Shown: positions 47,140-55,733, counted from the stretch's first letter. The stretch: 64,000 bases of DNA from a virus (IMGVR_UViG_2700988815_000001:34288-98287), one strand, 5' to 3'. Numbers and translations: made by a program. Notes: generated by a model not told the origin, from the letters alone.

Positions 47140-47336
47140 CCCGATACAAAATCTTCATTGAGCGTACATACGGCACCGGCTGGTATGACGGTGATGAATA
47201 CTGTGATCTGGAAGTAAGGCCCGATCCGTTTGGCCCTTGGTACAAAGTGACTGAGGTAGACAAACTGCTCGCCAAACAGAAAGATAAGATGCAAAGAATG
47301 CAAAAATACATTGACAAGCTTGAAGGGAGAGCCTAA
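47136..47336 (+). CDS. Hypothetical protein
   Basis: ATGA overlap. Confidence 0.55.
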   Translation: MTRYKIFIERTYGTGWYDGDEYCDLEVRPDPFGPWYKVTEVDKLLAKQKDKMQRMQKYIDKLEGRA

Positions 47337-47337
47337 C

Positions 47338-47703
47338 ATGCGTTGGATCAGTAAGCAGTTCTTGTCGCCTTGTGCTGATGAAACTGGCAGCATGGTTTGC
47401 CAAGTGGAGACACCGCTGGTTAAACACCTGTACATCAGCAACTACGATCACATGGGTCGTGGCAATGGTGAGCGTCGAATCAATCCTGATCTGGACGCTT
47501 ACGTCACATTCAGGGCTTGCCACGGTGAGCCAGTTAAGTTAGACTTCTGTGCTCACGATCAGAAGAGCTTTGAGAAACGCCTGACAAAGATCAGCTTCAT
47601 GATCCAAGAGCTGGAAGGTATGCGTCACCAGATGACTGAAATGTGGTACAGCCACCTCCGTGACATTGAATTCAAACTCAAAGAGGAAGAGAAGGATGAA
47701 TGA
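47338..47703 (+). CDS. Hypothetical protein
   Basis: RBS GGGAG. Confidence 0.6.
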   Translation: MRWISKQFLSPCADETGSMVCQVETPLVKHLYISNYDHMGRGNGERRINPDLDAYVTFRACHGEPVKLDFCAHDQKSFEKRLTKISFMIQELEGMRHQMTEMWYSHLRDIEFKLKEEEKDE

Positions 47704-47851
47704 TAAAGCTTGGGCAATGTTTAGCTTGACAACTCTCCTGAGTGTGTTAGGATTCACGGCTGGAATGTGTGGTGAGCACGGTGTTGCAGGAGCCTGCGGC
47801 GGCGGGGCATTCTGCACTGGTTTGCTCACTTGGGCAATGACAACATATTAA
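47696..47851 (+). CDS. Small membrane protein
   Basis: Hydrophobic, overlaps upstream stop. Confidence 0.45.
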   Translation: MNDKAWAMFSLTTLLSVLGFTAGMCGEHGVAGACGGGAFCTGLLTWAMTTY

Positions 47852-47861
47852 GGAGAACAAC

Positions 47862-48089
47862 TTGGTAACAATCTACAGTAAAATCCCATGCACCACTTGC
47901 GAACAGGCAAAGAACGTGTTAAAGTCTCGCGGAGTTGAGTTCGAAGTGCTGGTACTGGACAAGGACTATACGATGGAGAACCTGATGGACAAGCTCGATG
48001 AGCTGGGCATGATGGGCTTCCGCACCTTCCCCTTGATCGTTCAAGACGGCAAGGGTTTCACTTTCAACACTATTGGAGAAATCAAATGA
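47862..48089 (+). CDS. Glutaredoxin / NrdH-like redoxin
   Basis: IYSK..CTTC..AK, RTFPLI; TTG start with RBS AAGGAG; near nrd genes. Confidence 0.85.
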   Translation: MVTIYSKIPCTTCEQAKNVLKSRGVEFEVLVLDKDYTMENLMDKLDELGMMGFRTFPLIVQDGKGFTFNTIGEIK

Positions 48090-48283
48090 GCATGAGCACC
48101 CACGAAGCAACAGTTTATATCTCGGGCATGATCGAAGCCATCCAAGTGCTGCACGCACAGGCTCGGGCTGTTGCCGATGAACACGGCATTGCATTTGATA
48201 TCACCTTTGAAGGTGGTCGCGCATACAACACCACGGCTGATTACCAGCCTGACCATTGGTCGTCTAGCTACGGCACCTGCTAA
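48086..48283 (+). CDS. W-x-S-S-x-x-x-C family protein 1
   Basis: ...AVADEHGIAFDI...HWSSSYGTC*. Confidence 0.65.
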   Translation: MSMSTHEATVYISGMIEAIQVLHAQARAVADEHGIAFDITFEGGRAYNTTADYQPDHWSSSYGTC

Positions 48284-48492
48284 TGGCTATCATGTTTGAT
48301 GTAGAAGCAGACAAGTATCGTGATCTGTTCACCATCAAAGAGTTTGGGGAGTGCGTCAAGTATGGCGCCTTCATCCCAGACGATGGCTGTGGCTACTTCG
48401 GTACTGAAACTCATTACTCCTATGATTTTGGGGTTTGGAGTGCAGTAGAGATTCCCGCTGGTGCGACTCACGTCCACTGGTATAACAAGTAA
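48283..48492 (+). CDS. Hypothetical protein
   Basis: TAATG coupling; FIPDDGCGY...THVHWYNK. Confidence 0.6.
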   Translation: MAIMFDVEADKYRDLFTIKEFGECVKYGAFIPDDGCGYFGTETHYSYDFGVWSAVEIPAGATHVHWYNK

Positions 48493-48502
48493 AGGAGAGA
48501 AC

Positions 48503-48916
48503 ATGAGCATCAACAACCTAGAAGTATTTGAAGTAGCACGTATCGCTGACAGTATTACCCTGTTGCAAGACACCATTTATCGTGGTAACGTAGCTGCTGG
48601 CTGGTGGAAGAACATCAGCACAAATGAAGCCTTCCCAAAGGGCGACATTACCCTGATCCTGTCCAAGCTGGCGCTGGTGCATAGCGAGGTAAGTGAAGCC
48701 ACTGAGGGCGTTCGTAAGAACCTGATGGACGACAAGCTGCCGCACCGTCCAATGGCCGAAGTGGAACTGGCTGACGCCATCATCCGTGCATTCGACCTTG
48801 CTGGTCACGAAGGTTGGAACTTGGCTGGTGCAATTATCGAGAAGCTGTATTACAACGACACCAGATTGGATCATAAAGTCGAGAACCGTTTGGCCGAAGG
48901 GGGTAAGAAAGCATGA
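48503..48916 (+). CDS. MazG-like nucleoside triphosphate pyrophosphohydrolase
   Basis: LALVHSEVSEATE, ELADAIIR..D, EK..YN..R motifs. Confidence 0.82.
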   Translation: MSINNLEVFEVARIADSITLLQDTIYRGNVAAGWWKNISTNEAFPKGDITLILSKLALVHSEVSEATEGVRKNLMDDKLPHRPMAEVELADAIIRAFDLAGHEGWNLAGAIIEKLYYNDTRLDHKVENRLAEGGKKA

Positions 48917-49356
48917 AGACTCTTATGTACGTTGCAAACCTGATCGTTCAAGGTGAGCTGGATATCGAGGGTGCTGACCGTATCGTGACTGACAACCAGT
49001 GTGTATACGCTAAGAATGGCCGTGACTACATTGACGATCACTATCTTGACAGTGAGCGTCTTGGGCCAGATAAATACGACTTTGAACTGGCAGAAGCCAC
49101 CTTCTCTGTAGAAGAAGTGAAAGCTTACATTGACAGTGGTACATTTGCTGCTGAGCATGTGGCCTATCAAAAAGCCAAGCGTGAGGCCGTGGCACGTGTT
49201 GCTGAGCTGATTGCTGCTGTAACACCACAGATGAATGAGTTGCTTTCTCTGGCGAATGAGTATAACATTCCAGCGGATATCAAGGTTGGCAAATACACCA
49301 ACGACTTCCGTCTGATCGACGCCGTGGACTGGGATTCCAGCTCCATGTACTGCTGA
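48913..49356 (+). CDS. W-x-S-S-x-x-x-C family protein 2 (with N-terminal extension)
   Basis: ...SLANEYNIPADI...DWDSSSMYC*. Confidence 0.65.
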   Translation: MKTLMYVANLIVQGELDIEGADRIVTDNQCVYAKNGRDYIDDHYLDSERLGPDKYDFELAEATFSVEEVKAYIDSGTFAAEHVAYQKAKREAVARVAELIAAVTPQMNELLSLANEYNIPADIKVGKYTNDFRLIDAVDWDSSSMYC

Positions 49357-49421
49357 TGGCACACTCAAAAGAGTTTCTAGGTTGTCTGGAGACTCTCTTG
49401 AACATAAAATTGGAGGATAAG

Positions 49422-49682
49422 ATGCCTACACTACCTGAAACAATCGCTGCACTTGAGCGTGAGCTGGCTCTTGCCAAAGAACAGCACGCAAAGGAGGTTG
49501 TACGCAACCGTCCTCAAGCTGCTGCTGCTCTGTCTGAGATTAAGGGTAAGATTGATGCCCTGATCCGTGAAGCGGAACAGATTGCAAGTGCTGCTGATAT
49601 CGTGTTCTACTACTCTAACGGGTATGAAGAATTTTCGTGGCAAAACAAAGAAGACTGGTCGTACTCCAGTCAAGACTGCTAA
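49422..49682 (+). CDS. W-x-S-S-x-x-x-C family protein 3
   Basis: RBS GGAGG; ...EAEQIASAADIVF...DWSYSSQDC*. Confidence 0.65.
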   Translation: MPTLPETIAALERELALAKEQHAKEVVRNRPQAAAALSEIKGKIDALIREAEQIASAADIVFYYSNGYEEFSWQNKEDWSYSSQDC

Positions 49683-49700
49683 TCTCAAAAGGAGAATATT

Positions 49701-50117
49701 ATGACCAAGCAATACGTTAGCTTCACCACTGAAAACGCACGTGTAGAACTGGACGGTGGCGTCCTCCTGCTTCAAGTGACTCGCTCTTACGGCTATGAGG
49801 GTGAACAACTCTCCAGCTACGACCACTACGACATTGAAGGTCTGGAAGGCGAGCCAATCGCTCAACTGGCTCAACTCGCCAAGGCACTCAAGAACCTGCC
49901 AGAAGAAGGCGTGTTCGACATGGATCAAGAGGCTCTGCAAGATTTCCTGATGGAGTGGGCTGGTGACACTGCTGAAATGGCTGAGCTGCCATTCACCTTC
50001 ACTGACCGTTTCGGTGACGTGCAAACCTACACTCCAGCTTCTATGTGGGAAGCGTCCGGTGGTTGTGAGTGGGAAGAGTCTGCTCAATACGGCTCTGACT
50101 ACGGTTGGAACGTGTAA
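49701..50117 (+). CDS. Acidic protein with WExS motifs near the C-terminus
   Basis: RBS AAGGAG; ...MWEASGGCEWEESAQYGSDYGWNV*. Confidence 0.65.
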   Translation: MTKQYVSFTTENARVELDGGVLLLQVTRSYGYEGEQLSSYDHYDIEGLEGEPIAQLAQLAKALKNLPEEGVFDMDQEALQDFLMEWAGDTAEMAELPFTFTDRFGDVQTYTPASMWEASGGCEWEESAQYGSDYGWNV

Positions 50118-50371
50118 TGGGCGCTTATGTAAGCAAGACCTCATCCCAAGAAAAGCAGGACGCTGCCAAGGCCATCAACGAACTGCTTGAGTCCGCTCAA
50201 AGCCTCGTATGGGAAGCCGAGAGTATCGCTGATGAGCACGACCTATCGTTCTCTGTGAATTTCGGTGCTTACGGTATGGGTGGCTCGTACAGCCCTGTTA
50301 AAGAGGGTGATGTGGACGAATGGGGCGACCCTGTGGAAAGTGGCTGGAACGCTTCCTCGCAATCCTGCTAA
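50117..50371 (+). CDS. W-x-S-S-x-x-x-C family protein 4
   Basis: TAATG coupling; ...EAESIADEHDLSFSV...GWNASSQSC*. Confidence 0.65.
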   Translation: MGAYVSKTSSQEKQDAAKAINELLESAQSLVWEAESIADEHDLSFSVNFGAYGMGGSYSPVKEGDVDEWGDPVESGWNASSQSC

Positions 50372-50378
50372 AAGAATT

Positions 50379-50420
50379 AGCCCCGGCCCCTTGACAGGAG
50401 TCGGGGCTTTCTATTAGTAT
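50379..50420 (+). promoter_or_regulatory. Terminator hairpin carrying the -35 hexamer of the next promoter in its loop
   Basis: AGCCCCGGC-CCC-TTGACA-GGA-GTCGGGGCT-TTCT; TAGTAT 18 nt after TTGACA. Confidence 0.6.
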
Positions 50421-50451
50421 AACCACATCGAATATCACTGAGGAAACAAAC

Positions 50452-51426
50452 ATGCTGCTCATTGGCTCCCGCGCTCTTGTAGCAAACAACCCTGAACTGG
50501 AAGGCGTTCGTCGCACCATTGATTGGGATTTCATCTGCACCATCGAGCAATTCACTGCTTGGCATAAGGCTAACAAGGCCAATCTGCAATTCGCTGTGCC
50601 TACCCAACAGGGTAAGTATTACCATGCACGTGACAAGGATGGTATGAACTATGAGTTTGAGTTGGCTTGGCCGGGTACATCTGCTGAGGATTTCCTCAAG
50701 CACTACGGCCTGCTTGACCATGTGTACAAGCCTGAGATTGGCCCAGTGCCAGCAATCAACGCTGACCTGCTGATCATCAAGCTGAGCCACCGTTACAAAC
50801 GTAACAGTCCACACTTCCTGAAAACCATGAGTGATATCAAATATCTCCGTGAGAAAGTTGGGGTTGAGTTCTTTGAGAAATTCATGCAGAACGGCATCAA
50901 TGAGCCAATCCTCAAGAAGCGGGAAGCTGAGTCTTACGACTACGCACACCCTCGACTGAACGTCAGTTCAAGGGATTTCTTCAATGGTGATGGTGTGAAT
51001 TATGTGTACGATCACGACTCGATTCATGAAGCTGTAGCACTCAATTGGTGCCTTGGCCCTAAACCAGCCTACACCTTCTATATGAAGGACGGCTCTGAGG
51101 TTATGACCAGCAAGGTTAAGTTCTTCTCTGTTGACGAGAGTATCCGTCTTGAGGGTGTCTATGAAGAGTCCTGTGTACTCGCCCTTGAGCGTTCTCAGAT
51201 TCCTCATGGCTTGGGTAAGGAAGGTGGGCCATCGGCTCGCTGGAGCTTTGAAATGGCTCTGATGAAGGTGTGTACCAGCATCACCAGCGGATGGTTCCGT
51301 GAATATGCTTGGGAAAATTATCAGAAAGTGCTTGACCTGTATAACGAGTTGGGCGAGAATGACTACATCGAACGGTTCAACAGAAACAACCACTTACTGA
51401 AACCATACACTGGAGAGAACTACTAA
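50452..51426 (+). CDS. Putative nucleotidyltransferase-fold protein
   Basis: N-terminal LIGSRAL...DWDF (GS + DxD of Pol-beta-like NTases); IKLSH..., YDHDSIHE, LALER. Confidence 0.65.
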   Translation: MLLIGSRALVANNPELEGVRRTIDWDFICTIEQFTAWHKANKANLQFAVPTQQGKYYHARDKDGMNYEFELAWPGTSAEDFLKHYGLLDHVYKPEIGPVPAINADLLIIKLSHRYKRNSPHFLKTMSDIKYLREKVGVEFFEKFMQNGINEPILKKREAESYDYAHPRLNVSSRDFFNGDGVNYVYDHDSIHEAVALNWCLGPKPAYTFYMKDGSEVMTSKVKFFSVDESIRLEGVYEESCVLALERSQIPHGLGKEGGPSARWSFEMALMKVCTSITSGWFREYAWENYQKVLDLYNELGENDYIERFNRNNHLLKPYTGENY

Positions 51427-51683
51427 TGTTGCTTAACCCTGACATGATGAAGTGGAAATTGACTGGCCCAACTGGTGTGAAGTTCTTCTACGCAAGTGAA
51501 GAACACATGGTGAAGGCTGTTACCGAAGGTGGTAGCAGCTACACCAAGATGGCCTGCTACGTGATTAACCCACAAGGGCGTTTCATTAAGAACCGTAGTG
51601 CTGGTGATCAATTTCCCAACTTGCTTCTTGAAATGGGTCGTGATAAAGTAAACGAATTCTTTGACTTCATGGAGACTGTGTAA
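51426..51683 (+). CDS. Hypothetical protein
   Basis: TAATG coupling. Confidence 0.6.
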   Translation: MLLNPDMMKWKLTGPTGVKFFYASEEHMVKAVTEGGSSYTKMACYVINPQGRFIKNRSAGDQFPNLLLEMGRDKVNEFFDFMETV

Positions 51684-52078
51684 TGGCTGTTAAGAAGCGT
51701 CCTTTCAATATGTCCGAAACCGAGTTCGACCTGTACGCTGCAAAGCATCTGGTCTGGAAGGCAGAGAACGCCAAGAAGCGTGGTATTGAGTTCAGCCTCA
51801 CTCACACTGGCATGAAGAACCTGTTGGGTGCCAAGCGTTGCTATTACACTGGCATCCCACTCACTAAGAGCACTGGCAAAGAAGCTGAGCTACAGCTCAG
51901 CGATTTCACTATTGACCGTATCGACGGCTCTAAAGGCTACGTCAAGGGCAATGTGGTAGCCTGCTGCCATGCTGCTAACCAGATGAAGGGTCAGCTTGAA
52001 TCGTTGGGTGTTGTTGGTCTGAAAGCTGGCCGTGCAATCTTCGACAAAGCAATCAAACGAATTGAGGGCAACAAATGA
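51683..52078 (+). CDS. HNH-like endonuclease
   Basis: CYYTG...TIDRID...GY..GNVVACC..ANQMKG. Confidence 0.75.
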   Translation: MAVKKRPFNMSETEFDLYAAKHLVWKAENAKKRGIEFSLTHTGMKNLLGAKRCYYTGIPLTKSTGKEAELQLSDFTIDRIDGSKGYVKGNVVACCHAANQMKGQLESLGVVGLKAGRAIFDKAIKRIEGNK

Positions 52079-52404
52079 AAAAGTTATTGACCGCTGCACT
52101 GATTATGGCTACAATCTCGCTCGCTGGTTGTGAAGAAGCCAAACTCTTGAGTGAGAAACGCACTACGATGGTTGTTGAGAGTGTCTACCTGACCTCTAAG
52201 AGCAACAGCAAAGTAACTCTTCGTGAAGTGGAGAGCGGCTATGTCTGGAAGGATCAGCGTCTGAGCTGTTCCCGCTCTCGGGCACGAAACGTGGTGATTG
52301 GTAGTAAATGGGACGTGACTGAACAAGCCTACGTCTATCCTGAATCCCAGCGATACTTCAACCAATTGGTTGGTGTCTCCGCTATCTGTGATAAGAGTAA
52401 CTAA
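52075..52404 (+). CDS. Putative lipoprotein
   Basis: MKK + hydrophobic leader + LAGC lipobox. Confidence 0.7.
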   Translation: MKKLLTAALIMATISLAGCEEAKLLSEKRTTMVVESVYLTSKSNSKVTLREVESGYVWKDQRLSCSRSRARNVVIGSKWDVTEQAYVYPESQRYFNQLVGVSAICDKSN

Positions 52405-52407
52405 AAT

Positions 52408-52623
52408 ATGGCACATACCTGCCCCGGCTGTAACCTCCCAATGATTGATGGTCAAGTGTTTAATGGCTTGCTAAAATGCCACTGGGATTGCCAAGATGTG
52501 GTAAGAGAGAAGATGGGCGAGCGTAACGCTAACGACTTGATCCAGTATCGGATTGATGCTAGACTGCGTATGGAAGGACTTGATCCTGACCACCATCTTT
52601 GGAAGAAACTCGGAGGATCGTAA
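52408..52623 (+). CDS. Hypothetical Zn-finger-like protein
   Basis: CPGC...HWDC. Confidence 0.55.
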   Translation: MAHTCPGCNLPMIDGQVFNGLLKCHWDCQDVVREKMGERNANDLIQYRIDARLRMEGLDPDHHLWKKLGGS

Positions 52624-52850
52624 TGACAACTGATGACAAAATCAAATACATCCAAAGCTTCATGAGGCTTGTGACGACTGCAACAACTTACCGTGACGCA
52701 AGTGCCCACAGTAACTTTGTAAGGGGTCTGATCGGTGCATGGCACGCTGACCACACCCTGCCAAGCGGTGAATACACTCGCCTTATGGGCGATCTGGAAA
52801 TCGTCATGGCTGTAAAACGTAATCTACCAACAGAAGGGGATGTAGTGTGA
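52623..52850 (+). CDS. Hypothetical protein
   Basis: RBS GGAGG, TAATG coupling. Confidence 0.6.
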   Translation: MTTDDKIKYIQSFMRLVTTATTYRDASAHSNFVRGLIGAWHADHTLPSGEYTRLMGDLEIVMAVKRNLPTEGDVV

Positions 52851-52990
52851 GAAAGATGCAAGCAGAAGAGTTTGGCAAGGGCTATGAGTACGAGAAAGCT
52901 AAGCGTGAAGAACGCAAACAAACTCGCAACACACGTGATCGCAGACGCTCTGGACGGGGCGTTTGGGAAGCGAAGCCAGCAGACGAATAA
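52847..52990 (+). CDS. Small Arg-rich protein (47 aa), paralog of 58017-58157
   Basis: GTGA overlap; MRKMQAEEFGKGYEYEKAKREERKQTRNTRDRRRSGRGVWEAKPADE. Confidence 0.65.
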   Translation: MRKMQAEEFGKGYEYEKAKREERKQTRNTRDRRRSGRGVWEAKPADE

Positions 52991-53064
52991 GCTGGACAGA
53001 AGAGTGGAACGGGTGTATAATACTCTTGAGGCAAGGAATGCCTCCTTCACATAAGGAGCCTAGT

Positions 53065-53259
53065 ATGGCTGATACAACAACACCCGACGCAAGGGTAGCA
53101 TACTATGCGAAAGAACAAGTCCGTATTCTGAAATTGAAACTGGCTGCATTCAGGGAATGCTTGAGGACGACCACTATCCCTAAGCGTAAGATGTTCCTTG
53201 AAGCTAGGATTGAAGAGTTGACTACTGCTTTGTTTGAACGCACTGGAACACGCTACTAA
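53065..53259 (+). CDS. Hypothetical protein
   Basis: RBS TAAGGAG; TATAAT upstream. Confidence 0.6.
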   Translation: MADTTTPDARVAYYAKEQVRILKLKLAAFRECLRTTTIPKRKMFLEARIEELTTALFERTGTRY

Positions 53260-53275
53260 TTATGCCCGCCCTAGC

Positions 53276-53299
53276 ACCCGCTTCGGCGGGTTTCTTTTT
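53276..53299 (+). terminator. Rho-independent terminator (UUCG loop)
   Basis: ACCCGC-TTCG-GCGGGT-TTCTTTTT. Confidence 0.85.
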
Positions 53300-53375
53300 A
53301 CCTAAAATAAAGCTTGACTCTGTTCCTGATCCCTGTAGAATGAGCCACATCAAGACAAACAACGGAGCAACAAAC

Positions 53376-53717
53376 ATGACACTCACCACCATCCAAAACA
53401 ATATCGTTCCAGTGTTCGTAGCCTACGAAGTTCATGATGAGTATGGCCGTAACAAGAGTGTGTTGAGCTTACACCGCACCAAAGCTGATGCTGAGGTTGC
53501 AGCACGTAACAAGGGATGGTATGGTGGCCCCGGTGATGTCCAGATGAAGCACGCAATTGAAGATGGCCTTGATCTTTATCTGCTTGCAGACTTCCGACCA
53601 ACATGTTATGCTGATGTTACTGAACTGAGAGAGCGGCAACGCCAACGAGCTGTAGAAGCTGCCCTTGCTAAACTCACACCAGAAGAAATCGAAGCACTCA
53701 AAGGAGAATTCAAATGA
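53376..53717 (+). CDS. Hypothetical protein
   Basis: Promoter TTGACT-N16-TAGAAT upstream; C-terminal ALAKLTPEEIEAL. Confidence 0.65.
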   Translation: MTLTTIQNNIVPVFVAYEVHDEYGRNKSVLSLHRTKADAEVAARNKGWYGGPGDVQMKHAIEDGLDLYLLADFRPTCYADVTELRERQRQRAVEAALAKLTPEEIEALKGEFK

Positions 53718-54877
53718 TCAACATCGCAGATAAGATTTGGGCAGTTAAGGCAGTAGGTCGTGACAATCTGGCATATATGTGCCCATACAACTTGAAGCGT
53801 GATGGCACTCCTGATAGTGCAACGCAGAAGATGATGAACACTGGTAACACTTGGGCTGGTGTTGGCCCACGTGCTCTGTACCGCACTGCTGATGGTGGCA
53901 CGACTACCAACTACTACCAAGCAGACGTTGTAAAGGAAATGATTGACGGATACGAGCGCCCAGTGAGTGCTGGACAAACTCCCGCTGAACAAGGTGAGAG
54001 CGCCATCTACGACAACGTGCCGATGAAAGGCTTCAAGGTGGGTCAAGACGCCACTCGTTGGATTACAGATAACAAGGTATTCCGTCTCCATGATCCACGT
54101 GGATTCACTGTAGAGATTCCAACTGGTAACTTGTCAACCCTGATTCAAACCTGTACCATCATCAACGGCGAAATCATGGATGAATGTGTGTGGGGTCGTG
54201 AAGGCTGCCACGTTCTGTTGCCAATCAATGCACCAGAATACACCAAGGTTGTCAAGAAGATTGAGCAAGTTGAACAAGCTCTAAAGTTGAAAGATTTGAA
54301 GCCGGGGGACTGGGTTAAGATTCACCCAGCGAGTGACAAGTCTAGTGAACGCCAGTTCATTGGTATGGTGAAGCTTGAGTGGACACAACACCGTCAGTTG
54401 TTTGACCGTATTGTTGACCCTAACAACCGTGGCTATAGCTACTACACAAACTACATTGAAGTGAATCATCGTGATGATGGCACCGAAGTGATTCGTGATA
54501 CTCAATGGGTAGGTTTGTTTGCAGCGAAGGTACAGACCACACGCACCGTTGTTGGCTACCATCATGGGAACCAACCGAAGTATGAGTACAGTGAGTACGA
54601 GCCAAGCTTGACCACTGAGAATAACACTGCTAAGATTATCTCTCGTCGTGCTGGTGAATTGCCAGAGTGCTACAAAGACTTGGATAAGATGCTGGGTGTG
54701 TTGAGCTACAACTACTATGACAACCGACCTAAAGGCCGTAGTGATTGCCCACAACGTGTCCACAATAAGTTTGCAAAGCAGGAGATTACCGGGTATGATG
54801 CAACTCGCAAGGCTGCTAAAGATTTGACCCGCGACCACTTCACTGCAACTGTGTACCAAGAGGCCAAGTATGATTAA
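53714..54877 (+). CDS. Hypothetical protein (387 aa)
   Basis: RBS AAAGGAG; DPRGFTVEI...CVWGREG segment. Confidence 0.75.
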   Translation: MINIADKIWAVKAVGRDNLAYMCPYNLKRDGTPDSATQKMMNTGNTWAGVGPRALYRTADGGTTTNYYQADVVKEMIDGYERPVSAGQTPAEQGESAIYDNVPMKGFKVGQDATRWITDNKVFRLHDPRGFTVEIPTGNLSTLIQTCTIINGEIMDECVWGREGCHVLLPINAPEYTKVVKKIEQVEQALKLKDLKPGDWVKIHPASDKSSERQFIGMVKLEWTQHRQLFDRIVDPNNRGYSYYTNYIEVNHRDDGTEVIRDTQWVGLFAAKVQTTRTVVGYHHGNQPKYEYSEYEPSLTTENNTAKIISRRAGELPECYKDLDKMLGVLSYNYYDNRPKGRSDCPQRVHNKFAKQEITGYDATRKAAKDLTRDHFTATVYQEAKYD

Positions 54878-55052
54878 CTACGAACAGAAAGAAGAGTACA
54901 TCCGTGTGAAATGGCACAAGAAGGAGCTTGGCCGTATTTACAGAGAGGACAACCATTGGCACTATCGACCCCGAGGGTGTGATGGTAAAGTAAGGAGTGA
55001 AGAGTTCGCCTCTCTCACTGCATTGAAGAAGCACTTAGAAGGAACTGACTGA
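54870..55052 (+). CDS. Hypothetical protein
   Basis: Overlaps upstream stop; RBS GAGG. Confidence 0.55.
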   Translation: MINYEQKEEYIRVKWHKKELGRIYREDNHWHYRPRGCDGKVRSEEFASLTALKKHLEGTD

Positions 55053-55064
55053 TAATACTAAGCC

Positions 55065-55132
55065 CTTACTTTTGTAGGGGCTTACTTGTTTGTCTTACTT
55101 TTCGCTAGCCTTACTTTTGCAACTTACTTTTG
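55065..55132 (+). repeat. Five CTTACTT(TT) direct repeats
   Basis: Copies start at 55065, 55081, 55094, 55110 and 55123; the first two form part of the hairpin TAAGCCCTTAC...GTAGGGGCTTA. Confidence 0.8.
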
Positions 55133-55168
55133 CACGCCAAAAGGTTTCGCTAGAAGGTTTTGCATAGC

Positions 55169-55547
55169 AAATTCCCAGACAGATTTTTATAGACACACAA
55201 CAAGATACAGAATAGAATCACCACCATCAACCATCAAGAGGAACATACATCATGGCTTACCGCTTCCGCTGCAACACTTGTGATCGAGTTTTCACATCCA
55301 ACTCTCGCTCTGCTGTCTGTGATCGACACACCTACCGTGGCCACAGTGCTTCGTTCATGGGTGAGGTCGTTGAGACTGCCGTAGACGTGGCCTTGGCATA
55401 CACTGGTGTGACTGCTGCTGTTGAAGTGGCGGACGCTGCTGGCGATCTGCTGGGCAGCATCTTCAACTGGGATTAAAAGTTCCTCGACAGATTTTTACAA
55501 ATCCCCGGACAGATTTTCACAGCCAAAAATTCCTCGATAGATTTTTA
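55169..55547 (+). repeat. Four 21-bp direct repeats, consensus AA(A/G)TYCYNGAYAGATTTTYA
   Basis: Copies at 55169-89, 55477-97, 55499-519 and 55527-47. Confidence 0.8.
55252..55476 (+). CDS. Small Zn-finger-like protein
   Basis: CNTC...CDRH; RBS GAGG; TAGACA-N17-TAGAAT upstream. Confidence 0.6.
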   Translation: MAYRFRCNTCDRVFTSNSRSAVCDRHTYRGHSASFMGEVVETAVDVALAYTGVTAAVEVADAAGDLLGSIFNWD

Positions 55548-55643
55548 CAGAGCTGTACATTTTCTCGCGTAGGGGTGGATTTGTGGGGGAGTGACGTGCT
55601 ACACCTTTTTCTTGTGGCACGTCTGTAGCCCGCTGGATGCGAG

Positions 55644-55733
55644 AGAGAATCATTCTCATCTGGTATTGAGACGAGTTCTCATCTGCAAATACAAATCAAT
55701 CTCGTTATCACTGGCTGTTGATAATCATTCGCA
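55644..55733. promoter_or_regulatory. Cluster of Fur-box-like 7-1-7 palindromes
   Basis: AGAGAAT-C-ATTCTCA (55644), TGAGACG-A-GTTCTCA (55667), TGATAAT-C-ATTCGCA (55719) versus TGATAAT-N-ATTATCA. Confidence 0.5.

Noticed and set aside
41146-48916. Z-base (2-aminoadenine) or deazaguanine DNA modification pathway
   Set aside because: Only hydrolase-type domains are present; no PurZ, DatZ, QueC/D/E, FolE or DpdA recognisable in the window
52872-53054. 60-aa ORF from the ORF track
   Set aside because: The overlapping frame 52847-52990 is better supported (start/stop coupling and a paralog at 58017); this ORF also runs through a promoter
55693-55708. IHF binding site
   Set aside because: AATCAA is followed by five rather than four bases before TTA, so it does not fit WATCAR-N4-TTR
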